DNA of 64,000 nucleotides from IMG/VR virus record IMGVR_UViG_3300023174_000034, one strand, 5' to 3'. Shown in pieces: positions 29,861 through 40,662 of this stretch (within the stretch, counting starts at the first letter, position 1; every line of letters starts with the position of its first letter). A model generated the notes under the pieces. It worked only from the letters and a program-made list of their open reading frames with translations. It searched no databases and was not told the DNA's origin. The DNA is from a virus. Its lineage: Duplodnaviria; Heunggongvirae; Uroviricota; Caudoviricetes. A program made the translations under genes and the position numbers.

Positions 29861-30238
29861 ATGGCATATTCAGACAAAGTAATTGATCATTATGAAAACC
29901 CACGCAATGTGGGCAAGCTAGAAATTGACGACACAGTCGGCACAGGCATGGTAGGTGCACCTGCCTGCGGCGATGTTATGAAACTACAGATAAAGGTGCA
30001 AGATGGCATTATCACGGACGCAAAATTCAAAACATACGGTTGCGGATCAGCAATCGCCAGCTCAAGTCTTGTTACAGAGTGGGTCAAGGGAAAAACGCTT
30101 GACGAAGCGGGAAAGATTACTAATTCACGAATTGCTGAAGAACTTGCCCTCCCACCGGTTAAAATACATTGTAGCATTCTTGCAGAAGATGCTATTAAAG
30201 CGGCTGTAAATGATTACCGTAACAAGCACAGCCAGTAA
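29861..30238 (+). CDS. iscU: Fe-S cluster scaffold IscU
   Basis: YSDKVIDHYENPRNVG, GAPACGDVM, FKTYGCGSAIAS, LPPVKIHCS. Confidence 0.95.
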   Translation: MAYSDKVIDHYENPRNVGKLEIDDTVGTGMVGAPACGDVMKLQIKVQDGIITDAKFKTYGCGSAIASSSLVTEWVKGKTLDEAGKITNSRIAEELALPPVKIHCSILAEDAIKAAVNDYRNKHSQ

Positions 30239-30530
30239 AAAGATCCTGGATAGTATTGCCAAACGAGGCCATGGCATTGGCATCAAAGTTGGCATACGAA
30301 CCACTGGTTGCTCTGGACTGGCTTATGTGCTAGAATATGTTGACGAAACATGGGAAGGATCAACATCTTTTCCGCAGGATGGATTTAGCATTATCATTGA
30401 CACAAGAGATCTTGCCATCGTAGAAAATATAGAAATAGACTATGTTCGTCAGGGCCTTAACGAAGGCTTTGAATTCAATAACCCTTTGGAACGTGACCGT
30501 TGTGGTTGCGGAGAATCTTTTAGAATATGA
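30210..30530 (+). CDS. iscA: Fe-S cluster A-type carrier IscA
   Basis: TTGCSGLAY...FNNP...CGCGESF. Confidence 0.92.
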   Translation: MITVTSTASKKILDSIAKRGHGIGIKVGIRTTGCSGLAYVLEYVDETWEGSTSFPQDGFSIIIDTRDLAIVENIEIDYVRQGLNEGFEFNNPLERDRCGCGESFRI

Positions 30531-31237
30531 TCACAAACAAATTCGATTACAAACCTCTCAATAGAACCACGCTGGAAGGCAAGCGCCATTATGTATTGCC
30601 CAACGGAGATAAAGTTCCGTCAGTTACCACAATACTAGATCGTACCAAAAGCGAAGAAAGCCGAGCCGCGCTGGCCAATTGGAAAAAGCGTGTGGGTGAA
30701 CAACAAGCACAGCAGATTGTAACCGAAGCCGCGAATCGTGGCACACGTATGCACAGCTACTTGGAATCGTATATCATCAGCGATGAACTAAAACCCCTGC
30801 CAGCCAATCCGTTTGGACATGCCAGTTGGTTCATGGCCGCGGAGGTCATCCTCAAAGGACTCAGCAACGTAGACGAATTCTGGGGCACAGAAGTACCTGT
30901 GTATTATAGCGGGTTATATGCAGGTACCACAGACTGTCTGGGCCTGTGGAAAGGCCGGCCTGCTATCATGGATTTCAAGCAAAGCAACAAAGTAAAGAAA
31001 AAAGAATACATTGCTGACTACTTTACACAGCTAGCGGCCTATGCAGAAGCACACAACGAAACACATGGCACTGACATCAATACAGGTGTGATTTTGATGG
31101 CTGTACAGCCAAAACAGTTGCCAAACGGCGACTTTGACACACCACAGTACATAGAATTTGTCATCGAAGGCGACGAGTTTGAGCACTGGCGACAGGAGTG
31201 GCTCAAGCGAGTGGAGCTCTATTACCGCATGAGCTAA
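30527..31237 (+). CDS. PD-(D/E)XK exonuclease (RecB/Cas4-like fold)
   Basis: PSVTTIL, RGTRMH, YAGTTD...IMDFKQS, QLAAYA. Confidence 0.8.
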   Translation: MITNKFDYKPLNRTTLEGKRHYVLPNGDKVPSVTTILDRTKSEESRAALANWKKRVGEQQAQQIVTEAANRGTRMHSYLESYIISDELKPLPANPFGHASWFMAAEVILKGLSNVDEFWGTEVPVYYSGLYAGTTDCLGLWKGRPAIMDFKQSNKVKKKEYIADYFTQLAAYAEAHNETHGTDINTGVILMAVQPKQLPNGDFDTPQYIEFVIEGDEFEHWRQEWLKRVELYYRMS

Positions 31238-31266
31238 ATACACCATACACTGGGGTTTTTAGCAAA

Positions 31267-32883
31267 ATGGCCGTTATCCAAATATCAAGAATTCAGCACC
31301 GTAAAGGGCTACAACAAGATTTGCCACAACTAGCATCTGCAGAGCTGGGCTGGGCACTAGACACACGTCAGCTGTATATCGGAAACGGTACTATTGCTGA
31401 AGGTGCTCCAGAAATTGGACTTACTGAAATTTTGACTCAGTATTCCGATTTGTTGAACATTAGTGATGCGTACACATTCAAAGGCTCGCAGTCTGGTTAC
31501 ACCAGTCGCACAGGCCCTACAACAGATGCGCCTATCACTCGTACACTACAACAAAAGGTCGACGATTATGTCAGCGTTCGTGACTTTGGAGTAACAGGTG
31601 ACGGTAACACAGATGACACAGTTGCGCTACAACGTGCCATTGATGAAATTTACTTTGGTAACTTTGCGTTGACCACACCACGCTTGCGCCGTGTCATTCA
31701 TTTGCCAGCTGGTATCTATCTAATTACCAACAGCTTAAAAATTCCTAGCTATGCTTACTTGCAAGGCGAAGGTAAAGGCCGCACAGTCATTCGTTTGTCT
31801 GGATCAACATATCCGTTGATGCAGTTAAAGGACAGCGAAAACAAGATTAACGAACTTTATGCCACAGGTAGTTCTATTCCTGCAAAAGATATCACTGTGG
31901 TAGACATGACCATGGAACATCTTGGCACAAAGAATATCATGCAATTGGACACAACAGAACGTGTGGAGTTTGTTCGCGTTGAATTCAAAGGCAGTCAAAC
32001 AAATCCAAACTCAACCAGCACCTCGGTACAAAATGCGTTGTATGCGCGACCAACAAGTGCAACTGGTTTTATTAAAAATGTAACCATGCTAGGTTGCACA
32101 TTTACTAATTGCACACAAGGCGCTGTGGTAAATGGTACCAACGTTCGTTTCCTTGATTGTTCGTTCAATCAACTTAGTCAAGCTATTGTCATTGACTCAA
32201 CTGCCATTGCAGTGGCAACCAAGAATGTCAAGGTTCTCAACAGCACATTTGATTCTATTGCTAGAAGCGCAATCGTTGTAACCACAGCAAACACATCTGT
32301 GGTATCGTCTGTTATGAGTTCTATGAACTACTTTGGAGATGTAGGCACTGCTTATGTAGGCGCAGGTGCTGCCGCATATCCTGTCATTGCTTTTACTGGC
32401 AGTGGCAACTACAGCACAGGTGACACATTTGAACGCAGTGAACAAGACCAAGGTGTACAACCTCGTGTGAGTTATCAAGCACGTGGTGTAAGTGTAGGCT
32501 TTGATGCCAACACAGGTATCACGCTAGGCATGCAAACCATTGCACCTGCTCGCATACTCACACTCAGTGCCGCACAGACCATGGCCAATACTGGTATCGT
32601 ATTCACTGGCACCACCACAGCGGCAACTGTCAACTACTTCTTAAAACGTGAAACAGCAGGCGCTTACCGCCGAGGCACGATTGAAATTATTCGTACAGGA
32701 ACCAACATCCAGTACATAGACCAGTATTTAGAGTATCCGAACGCAACCAACTTCTTGTATCCAGGGCCGACTGGAGTTACATTCAAAGTCAACAGCGAAA
32801 GCTCCACGGTAGCCAACATTACCTATACCAGCACCGCAGGTGCAAGTGGTAACCTGACATATTCAATCACCAGCATCACCTAA
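31267..32883 (+). CDS. tail fibre/spike-like protein with pectate-lyase-3-type beta-helix
   Basis: N-terminal ELGWALDTRQLYIGNG; VSVRDFGVTGDGNTDDTVALQRAI. Confidence 0.7.
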   Translation: MAVIQISRIQHRKGLQQDLPQLASAELGWALDTRQLYIGNGTIAEGAPEIGLTEILTQYSDLLNISDAYTFKGSQSGYTSRTGPTTDAPITRTLQQKVDDYVSVRDFGVTGDGNTDDTVALQRAIDEIYFGNFALTTPRLRRVIHLPAGIYLITNSLKIPSYAYLQGEGKGRTVIRLSGSTYPLMQLKDSENKINELYATGSSIPAKDITVVDMTMEHLGTKNIMQLDTTERVEFVRVEFKGSQTNPNSTSTSVQNALYARPTSATGFIKNVTMLGCTFTNCTQGAVVNGTNVRFLDCSFNQLSQAIVIDSTAIAVATKNVKVLNSTFDSIARSAIVVTTANTSVVSSVMSSMNYFGDVGTAYVGAGAAAYPVIAFTGSGNYSTGDTFERSEQDQGVQPRVSYQARGVSVGFDANTGITLGMQTIAPARILTLSAAQTMANTGIVFTGTTTAATVNYFLKRETAGAYRRGTIEIIRTGTNIQYIDQYLEYPNATNFLYPGPTGVTFKVNSESSTVANITYTSTAGASGNLTYSITSIT

Positions 32884-32897
32884 CGATAAGTAACTGC

Positions 32898-33344
32898 ATG
32901 TGGAAGTTACCGGCAACAGACCGTCTGGAACAGTGGAAACGTTTCAGAAAAAACATCAATGAGCTAGAGTTCGAACAAGCACTTGAACAAGTCGCTACGT
33001 TTTGGGATCGAGCCCCCTTTACCCCTTTTTACCTTGAACAATCACAGCCAGAAACTTGGCCAGATCCTTGGACATTGATTGCCGAGAATTACTACTGTGA
33101 TCTTGCAAAAGCATTAGGAATCCTGTATACTATACATCTTAGCGACCATAATGATCACGACCTGCGTTTGCGGGTGTATAAACAACATGGTACGCTGTAT
33201 CAGTACAATTTAGTCTGGGTTGACGGTGGGAAATATGTTCTTAATTTAGAGACTCAAGAGGTCGTAAATAAAACATCAATACCAGACAACCTAGTACACG
33301 TAATCGAATATTCCAGTATTGAACTGAAACTGGATCGCTATTGA
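32898..33344 (+). CDS. hypothetical phage protein
   Basis: WPDPWTLIAENYYC motif. Confidence 0.7.
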   Translation: MWKLPATDRLEQWKRFRKNINELEFEQALEQVATFWDRAPFTPFYLEQSQPETWPDPWTLIAENYYCDLAKALGILYTIHLSDHNDHDLRLRVYKQHGTLYQYNLVWVDGGKYVLNLETQEVVNKTSIPDNLVHVIEYSSIELKLDRY

Positions 33345-33357
33345 ATTAGAGGAATCA

Positions 33358-35661
33358 ATGAGTCAAAATATCTTAGTAACCAAGCGAGACGGCACCAAAG
33401 AGTCACTGAATCTAGAAAAATTACATCAAGTAGTTTTTTGGGCCACAGAAGGCATAACTGGAGTGAGTGCAAGCGAAGTTGAAATCAAAAGTCACATACA
33501 ATTTTACAACGGAATCAAAACATCTGAAATTCAAGAAACGCTGATCAAGAGTGCGGCAGATCTGATCAGTGAAGAAACTCCTAACTATCAGTACGTGGCC
33601 GGCAGGCTGATAAACTACCATTTGCGTAAACAAGTTTACAACAACTATGAACCATGGACCCTGCTGGACCTTGTGAAACGCAACGTGGAGATTGGTTATT
33701 ACGATACCGGACTTCTCGCCGCCTACAATGAAGAAGAATGGAACAAGATCAACAGTTTCATCCAGCACGAACGTGATGAAAAACTAACCTATGTTGCCAT
33801 GGAGCAGATGCGTGGCAAGTATCTGGTACAAAATCGTGTGACCGGCGAGATCCTTGAAACCCCGCAAATGGGTTATATTCTCATTGCCGCTACACTGTTC
33901 CAGAAGTATCCCACAGCCACAAGACTGCAATGGGTCAAAGAATACTACGATGCCATCAGCACACACGACATCAGTTTGCCCACACCTATCATGGCCGGTC
34001 TGCGTACTCCGCAAAAACAATTCAGCTCATGTGTGTTGATTGAAACAGACGATAGTCTTGACAGTATCAATGCCACAGCCAGCGCCGTGGTCAAGTACGT
34101 TTCACAAAAAGCAGGTATTGGCATTGGTGCAGGACGAATACGTGCCCTGGGCAGTCCCATTCGACGTGGGGATGCCTATCACACCGGCGTAGTGCCTTTT
34201 TACAAACACTTTCAAACAGCTACTCGTAGCTGTAGCCAAGGTGGTGTACGCAACGGTGCCGCAACCTTGTACTATCCAATCTGGCACTTGGAAGTTGAAG
34301 ACCTATTGGTATTGAAAAACAACAAAGGCACAGAAGACAATCGTGTGCGCCACATGGACTATGGTGTGCAGTTCAACAAGCTCATGTACGAACGCTTGCT
34401 GACCAATGGTGACATCACCCTGTTCTCACCACACGACTTGCCTGAGATGTATGAAGCATTTTTCAATGATCAAGATCGTTTCAAAGAACTGTACGAACGT
34501 GCAGAACGCAATACCAAGCTTCGCAAGAAGACTATCAAAGCCGTGGCCTTGTTCTCTAACTTCATGCAAGAGCGCAAAGACACTGGCCGCATTTATTTGA
34601 TGAATGTGGATCATGCCAACACACACTCCCCGTTCAAAGAAAAAATTGCTCCAATTAAAATGAGCAATTTGTGTACTGAAATTGATTTGCCAACTGTACC
34701 ATTGAAAGATATCAATGACGAGGATGGTAGGATTGCACTGTGTACTTTGAGTGCAGCCAATTGGGGCAATGTAAAAAGCCCACATGATTTCGAACGCATT
34801 GGTCGCTTGGCAGTACGTGGCTTGGATGCCTTGTTGAGTTATCAAGACTATCCAGTTAAAGCCGCACGTTTGGCCACAGAAGAGTTCCGCCCACTGGGTG
34901 TTGGTATCATCAACCTAGCATACTTCTTGGCCAAGAACGATGTAAGTTATTCTGATCCTCGAGCACTTGCTCTAGTTGACGAATATGCAGAAGCCTGGAG
35001 TTATTACCTGATCAAAGCCAGTGCGGACCTAGCTATAGAACAAGGCCCGTGTTCGCGCTGGCAAGATCTCAAGTATGCAGATGGCTTGTTGCCCATCGAC
35101 ACACGCAAGAAAGATATTGACGAACTGGTGCCACATCAAGAGCGCATGCCATGGGGCGCATTGCGTGAGCAGATTCTCAGCACCGGTATTCGCAATGCAA
35201 CCCTGATGGCACTAATGCCTGCAGAAACATCTGCACAGATTGCCAATGCCACAAATGGTATTGAGCCACCACGTGCGTTTGTGAGTGTTAAACAAAGCAA
35301 GCACGGAGTGCTGAAACAAGTTGTTCCAGAGTTCCGTAGATTAAAAAACAAATACGAATTGTTATGGGATCAGAAAAGCCCAGAAGGTTACATGAATATC
35401 TGTGCTGTTCTACAAAAATACATCGATCAAGGCATCTCAGTCAACACCAGCTACAATCCACAACACTACGAAGAAGAAAAAATTCCATTGAGCGACATGC
35501 TAAAGCACTTGGTACAATTTTACAAGTACGGGGGCAAACAACTTTACTACTTCAACACCTATGATGGACAAGGCGAAATTGATGTGGACAAGATGATGGT
35601 CAAAGAGCCATTGGCACTGGAAGACATTGACCAAGTAGACTGTGAAAGTTGCGTTATCTAA
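33358..35661 (+). CDS. nrdA: ribonucleotide reductase class Ia alpha subunit
   Basis: ATP cone VTKRDG, PTPIM, QFSSC, SNLCTEI, C-terminal CESC. Confidence 0.97.
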   Translation: MSQNILVTKRDGTKESLNLEKLHQVVFWATEGITGVSASEVEIKSHIQFYNGIKTSEIQETLIKSAADLISEETPNYQYVAGRLINYHLRKQVYNNYEPWTLLDLVKRNVEIGYYDTGLLAAYNEEEWNKINSFIQHERDEKLTYVAMEQMRGKYLVQNRVTGEILETPQMGYILIAATLFQKYPTATRLQWVKEYYDAISTHDISLPTPIMAGLRTPQKQFSSCVLIETDDSLDSINATASAVVKYVSQKAGIGIGAGRIRALGSPIRRGDAYHTGVVPFYKHFQTATRSCSQGGVRNGAATLYYPIWHLEVEDLLVLKNNKGTEDNRVRHMDYGVQFNKLMYERLLTNGDITLFSPHDLPEMYEAFFNDQDRFKELYERAERNTKLRKKTIKAVALFSNFMQERKDTGRIYLMNVDHANTHSPFKEKIAPIKMSNLCTEIDLPTVPLKDINDEDGRIALCTLSAANWGNVKSPHDFERIGRLAVRGLDALLSYQDYPVKAARLATEEFRPLGVGIINLAYFLAKNDVSYSDPRALALVDEYAEAWSYYLIKASADLAIEQGPCSRWQDLKYADGLLPIDTRKKDIDELVPHQERMPWGALREQILSTGIRNATLMALMPAETSAQIANATNGIEPPRAFVSVKQSKHGVLKQVVPEFRRLKNKYELLWDQKSPEGYMNICAVLQKYIDQGISVNTSYNPQHYEEEKIPLSDMLKHLVQFYKYGGKQLYYFNTYDGQGEIDVDKMMVKEPLALEDIDQVDCESCVI

Positions 35662-35689
35662 TTAAAGAAAAAAGAAAAGAAAAATAAAA

Positions 35690-36814
35690 ATGTCCGTATT
35701 CAATCTTAATAAAAAATCTCACACCGATAGTTTTGCTTTTTTAGACCCAGCTGGGGCTGTGACCATCCAGCGGTATGACACACTAAAGTACAGACAGTTC
35801 GATAAACTGACAGACAAACAACTAGGCTTCTTTTGGAGACCGGAGGAAATTGACGTTGTTCACGACAGCAAAGATTTCAAAGAACTAACCAATTTTGAAC
35901 AACACATCTTTACATCAAATCTCAAACGACAAATACTACTAGACTCAGTACAAGGTCGTGCGCCAGCAATGGCGTTTGGCCCACTTGTTTCTATTCCTGA
36001 ATTAGAAACATGGATCACAACATGGACATTCAATGAAACAGTTCACAGTCGTAGCTATACTCATATTATTCGTAATGTATATTCAGACCCTAGCATCATC
36101 TTCGATGAACTCACAGACATTGAAGAGATTGTCAACTGTGCAAAAGACATCAGCAGGTACTACGACGAACTGATTGAGGCAAGTGGTTGGCACAGTATGC
36201 TGGGCGAAGGCAACCACGTGGTCAATGGAAAGAATATCACAGTTGACCGATACGAACTTAAGAAAAAATTGTGGTTGGCAATAAATTCTGTCAATGCTCT
36301 TGAAGGCATAAGATTTTATGTATCCTTTGCCTGTTCCTGGGCATTTGCCGAACTCAAGAAGATGGAAGGCAATGCAAAGATTATTAAACTGATTGCACGT
36401 GACGAGAACGTACACTTGGCTGCAACACAAACACTACTAAAAATCCTCCCCACAGATGACCCAGACTATGTGAAAATCAAGGAAGAAACACTAGAAGAAT
36501 GCGAAAAAATGTTCCTTGAGGCGGCCGAACAAGAAAAGGCCTGGGCCAAGTACTTGTTCAAGGATGGTTCAATGATTGGCTTGAATTATCAATTGTTGTG
36601 TGATTACATTGACTGGCTGACCTGCAAGCGTATGCACACGGTTGGCCTGAAGTGCGGTATCAAGACAGGGTCAAATCCCCTGCCTTGGACACAGAAGTGG
36701 ATCGCTGGGTCTGAAGTTCAAGTGGCCCCCCAGGAAACTGAGATAACTACTTATGTGATTGGCGGCACCAAGCAAGACGTCACCAATGATACATTCAAAG
36801 GATTCAGTTTATAA
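35690..36814 (+). CDS. nrdB: ribonucleotide reductase class Ia beta subunit
   Basis: FFWRPEE, ETVHSRSY, LEGIRFY, RDENVH. Confidence 0.97.
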   Translation: MSVFNLNKKSHTDSFAFLDPAGAVTIQRYDTLKYRQFDKLTDKQLGFFWRPEEIDVVHDSKDFKELTNFEQHIFTSNLKRQILLDSVQGRAPAMAFGPLVSIPELETWITTWTFNETVHSRSYTHIIRNVYSDPSIIFDELTDIEEIVNCAKDISRYYDELIEASGWHSMLGEGNHVVNGKNITVDRYELKKKLWLAINSVNALEGIRFYVSFACSWAFAELKKMEGNAKIIKLIARDENVHLAATQTLLKILPTDDPDYVKIKEETLEECEKMFLEAAEQEKAWAKYLFKDGSMIGLNYQLLCDYIDWLTCKRMHTVGLKCGIKTGSNPLPWTQKWIAGSEVQVAPQETEITTYVIGGTKQDVTNDTFKGFSL

Positions 36815-37060
36815 ATGGTAACAGTATATTCAAAAAACAACTGCCCCTTCTGCGTACAAGCAAAGAATTTGCTCAAGCTCAAAGGTGTTGACTACACAGA
36901 AGTAAAGATTGACGAAGATGCATCAGCAAAGGATTTCATACTAGCTGAAGGACATCGCACAGTACCACAGATTTACAAAGATGGTAAGCTATTGGTTGAA
37001 GGTGGCTATCAAGGGCTTGCTAAAAAAGACTCTGAATTTTTTCAAACTCTCAAAGGATAA
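36815..37060 (+). CDS. glutaredoxin
   Basis: CPFC, TVPQI. Confidence 0.92.
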   Translation: MVTVYSKNNCPFCVQAKNLLKLKGVDYTEVKIDEDASAKDFILAEGHRTVPQIYKDGKLLVEGGYQGLAKKDSEFFQTLKG

Positions 37061-37061
37061 A

Positions 37062-37382
37062 ATGTTAATTTCGAAATCAACCAAGTACGATACAAATGCA
37101 CTCGTGACATTCAAACTTGCAAACGGCGACGAGATCATTGGCCGTGTGGCAGAAGAAACAGACACTCACTACAAGCTAGAGCGCCCTTGTACTGTGGTTC
37201 CTAGCCAAAAGGGCATCATGCTGATTGCCAGTTTGTTCACAGCAGATCCAGCCATGGATATCACTGTCAGCAAGAATCATGTGCTGTTCCATGCTCCTAG
37301 CGCACGTGAAGTGCAAGATTACTACATCAAGACCACCACCGGAATTGAGTCTGTTAATCCCAGCGGTATTATAACTGTTTAA
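37062..37382 (+). CDS. hypothetical protein (possibly Sm/SH3-like beta fold)
   Basis: VTFKLANGDEIIGRV; start re-set to 37062. Confidence 0.6.
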   Translation: MLISKSTKYDTNALVTFKLANGDEIIGRVAEETDTHYKLERPCTVVPSQKGIMLIASLFTADPAMDITVSKNHVLFHAPSAREVQDYYIKTTTGIESVNPSGIITV

Positions 37383-37431
37383 TATACTCATATTTGTACC
37401 AAGATAAGTACATAATGATGGATAAAACACA

Positions 37432-39534
37432 ATGACTTCAGTAGTAATAGGCGCCCAACCCAAAGCCCCGTCACCTTACCCAAATCCGCCTCCCAAGCCG
37501 CAGATTACCTATCCACAGGCACAGGCTGTTTTGGGTTTTTTGAACGATCCTTTGGCTATCATTGCGCCAACAGGTTTTGCGGCAGCTGCCAGTGGATTAC
37601 AAAATGTAACACGTACCTGCGGGCAGTTGACATCCATTGTGAATGCCGCCAGTACCAGTGTGATCCTGGTCAACGCTATTCGCAACAATGCCAGTGGATT
37701 TGCGCTAATGGTTGGACTGAGTGCAGTCAACGCAGGGGCGCAAGCCGCTGGAGTCAATCCAAATGCTATTGTGAAGTCTGTTGTGCAACGAGTGAATGAC
37801 CTTGTGCAAAGCCCAATGAAGTTTTTGGAAAATATGTTTCGTGCCAGATCATATGCTCAGGCAAGTTTTACAGGTAATGGTTTTGCCAGCATCTTTGGTG
37901 CATTAGGTGCTGTCAGTGAATTGCTCACTGCATGTAAAACATTTGTAGATTTAATTTCTGGTGGTGTTACTGCTAATTTTGGTCCCGGTGCTGACAATAC
38001 AGAAAATGGTCGACGCCTGATAGCATCAGGGATCAGTATTAACGGAGATCAGATACGTGCAGGACTACGTGCAGTATCACAGGCCATGCGAGATATTGGT
38101 ACATTGTGGAGTCCAAACGATGCTCAATGGATTGGTACTCCTGCAGGACTGATCATTAGCTTGCGTGATCAAGGCATGTCCGAGGACGTGGGCTTGCGCG
38201 AAGCAATGTTAAAAGCATCGGTATTCATTGACGATGATGACGATGTTTATTATTCCAGCCCCTACACATTATTGCAAGGTCTAAAAAACATCACTGGAAC
38301 AAATCTGCAGGCCATCATTGAACGCACAGGATGTAACCTAGCCAAGCCTTGGAACATACAAACAGCGGCAGATTTATGTTATGCTGACAATGTTATCTCA
38401 AGACAAGCTCTGGACAATTTACCATATGGTAACATGACACAAGGTCTGGGACAAACCATTGCTACCCTGGCCATGCGTGAACGAATCACTTGGGAATTGT
38501 TTGCAGACACCTTAGATCAATTGGAATTACCAGACGTGGGATTATTGAACAATCCAAACTTTGCCAGCGACATGGCTTCACTAAAGCCGTATCTAGGTTA
38601 TGGCAACGGATTGTTTGGCGATGCCACAATACAAGACTTGATTGGCACAGCAGGCGGTGCCGCACACACTGAAGCATTTCAATTGATATCAGAAGCCAAT
38701 GACAGGCTTGAACAAACACCCGAAGGTAAAGCTCTTAAAGTTGCACTGACCTATTATGATGCACATTCTGACCCAGGAGATCCCCTGCACAGTCTGGCAG
38801 AAACAAATTTAATTGCCGCACTGGAGGCAGTTAAGTTTTCAACCAATCCTGAAGTCCAGCAAGCGGCAGCAGATGCAGAAAAAGGTATTCTTGACTCTGC
38901 ACTGCAACTGGTGGCAGAAGTTGCAAATGCAGTACAAACTGGTTATGCAATCTATACCACCATTGCAGGTATGTTGACATTTGCTATCAATCTCGGAACG
39001 AAAATTGCGTCCACAGCGGCCAGCCTGGGTGCAGATGCAGGGGTTGCTGCCGGTGAATCGGCCAACGCGGCCATAGTGAATTCAACAAAAATGCCTGAAG
39101 GATTTTGGACCTATGCCAATGGACTCAAAGCAGTGATTGCCATGGTTACTAACATTATCGAGGCTGTGGCAGATGCCACAGGGATCACAGATCTACTGTC
39201 AATCATGGCAAATCCAAACACTCGTGGTGGCCAGGCCTTGTTGGCCATGATAGCAGAAACAAAAAATAAAAGTCTACTCAAAACAATTGGAGTTGGACTT
39301 CCTGAAGTTGACGTAGAAGAAGAAGCCGCTCGACGTCGAGCCAGGTTTGGTTTTGGACTAACAACCGAACAACAAAATTTGATTAGCGCCTACGGTACTA
39401 ATCGAGGTATGAACGCAAATCAAATTCAGGAGATGCTGTTCATAAATGCCTACTATGGATACCAACGACACTTCTTTGAAAATAGTGCCGGGTACTATGA
39501 AGGCTACAGGGTCAAGAAGGCAAGAGCCTCTTAA
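37432..39534 (+). CDS. large hypothetical protein (700 aa), possibly virion
   Basis: Long Ala/Gly-rich ORF with no recognised motif. Confidence 0.7.
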   Translation: MTSVVIGAQPKAPSPYPNPPPKPQITYPQAQAVLGFLNDPLAIIAPTGFAAAASGLQNVTRTCGQLTSIVNAASTSVILVNAIRNNASGFALMVGLSAVNAGAQAAGVNPNAIVKSVVQRVNDLVQSPMKFLENMFRARSYAQASFTGNGFASIFGALGAVSELLTACKTFVDLISGGVTANFGPGADNTENGRRLIASGISINGDQIRAGLRAVSQAMRDIGTLWSPNDAQWIGTPAGLIISLRDQGMSEDVGLREAMLKASVFIDDDDDVYYSSPYTLLQGLKNITGTNLQAIIERTGCNLAKPWNIQTAADLCYADNVISRQALDNLPYGNMTQGLGQTIATLAMRERITWELFADTLDQLELPDVGLLNNPNFASDMASLKPYLGYGNGLFGDATIQDLIGTAGGAAHTEAFQLISEANDRLEQTPEGKALKVALTYYDAHSDPGDPLHSLAETNLIAALEAVKFSTNPEVQQAAADAEKGILDSALQLVAEVANAVQTGYAIYTTIAGMLTFAINLGTKIASTAASLGADAGVAAGESANAAIVNSTKMPEGFWTYANGLKAVIAMVTNIIEAVADATGITDLLSIMANPNTRGGQALLAMIAETKNKSLLKTIGVGLPEVDVEEEAARRRARFGFGLTTEQQNLISAYGTNRGMNANQIQEMLFINAYYGYQRHFFENSAGYYEGYRVKKARAS

Positions 39535-39709
39535 ACAGCCCATTTAATGGGTGTATTAACCCATTATATCTACCATTAACAATACACATAACGGGTCTGG
39601 ACTTTAATTAGCCTTGACAAGCACCGACATATAGTGTATTATTAGTGTACAATTGAGTCCGTAAATAGAACTACGGATTTAACGATCCGTGAATTGAAAG
39701 GAGAAATAT

Positions 39710-40303
39710 ATGAAAAATCTCGCCCAAGGAACACCCCGGGTGTTTACAGGAGCATTGATCCGCTTGGCATTTATAGTGACAGGCTTCGTGCTTGCATTTA
39801 TGGTAGCTTCCAAAGTCACCCAGGCCAAGATGGATTACTTGCGAGCCCAAAACGCAAGCAACCCAACCACGTTTGTTACCGCGGCTGATCGCGAGCGCGA
39901 ACTAAAATGCCTGGCACAAAACATTTACTACGAAGCAGGGTATGAGCCCTTTGAAGGTAAAGTAGCTGTGGCACAGGTCACGCTCAACCGCATGGAGTCT
40001 GGTAAATTTCCAGATGACGTGTGCGGAGTAGTGTATCAAAAGAATGCTGTTTATGGCAACACAATCTGTCAGTTCAGTTGGTATTGCAGTCAACCAGCAC
40101 TACGTAAACCAACCAACACTGCGGCTTTCAACGAAAGCATGGCAGTGGCCAAAAAGGTACTGTTAGAAGGATTCCGTTTGGACGGACTCAAGGATGCAAT
40201 GTACTATCACGCAGACTATGTAAGTCCAAAATGGGGTAAGGAAAAGATAGCCACAATTGGCCGCCATATCTTTTATTCAGACAACAAAGCTAAAATCAAT
40301 TGA
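39710..40303 (+). CDS. SleB-like cell wall hydrolase (Hydrolase_2)
   Basis: CLAQNIYYEAG...VAQVTLNR...CQFSWYC...MYYHADYV...IGRHIFY; N-terminal TM. Confidence 0.88.
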   Translation: MKNLAQGTPRVFTGALIRLAFIVTGFVLAFMVASKVTQAKMDYLRAQNASNPTTFVTAADRERELKCLAQNIYYEAGYEPFEGKVAVAQVTLNRMESGKFPDDVCGVVYQKNAVYGNTICQFSWYCSQPALRKPTNTAAFNESMAVAKKVLLEGFRLDGLKDAMYYHADYVSPKWGKEKIATIGRHIFYSDNKAKIN

Positions 40304-40311
40304 GGACAAAC

Positions 40312-40653
40312 ATGAACTTCAAAATCAAAGACGCACAAGGTCACATTGACTACGACGGATTCCGTAGCTGGATACAGAACTGGTTCAGCGAAAACTTTGC
40401 TAGACTCAGTGCCGACACACTGGGTTGGTTTGCGGCCATCTTGATCCACATGGCAACCATTCCTACCTTGATTGCCACAGCGGCAGGCCTGAGCGATCGC
40501 ATGCCACCTGTGGACATGGTATTGTTCATGTGGGCAGGACTTCTACTATTGTTTGCTAGAGCAACAATTCTCAAAGACGGCTTAAACATTATTACCATCG
40601 GACTTGGCTTTGCAATACAAGCTGTGTTGATGGCACTAATGATCTTCAAGTGA
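40312..40653 (+). CDS. multi-TM membrane protein
   Basis: Three hydrophobic segments. Confidence 0.65.
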   Translation: MNFKIKDAQGHIDYDGFRSWIQNWFSENFARLSADTLGWFAAILIHMATIPTLIATAAGLSDRMPPVDMVLFMWAGLLLLFARATILKDGLNIITIGLGFAIQAVLMALMIFK

Positions 40654-40662
40654 TGGAGTAGC

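Noticed and set aside
30527-31237. cas4 of a CRISPR system
   Set aside because: No Fe-S cysteine set, other cas genes or array; consistent with an ordinary phage exonuclease.
33358-36814. Intron or intein in nrdA/nrdB
   Set aside because: Both have normal lengths and uninterrupted motifs; the helicases likewise.
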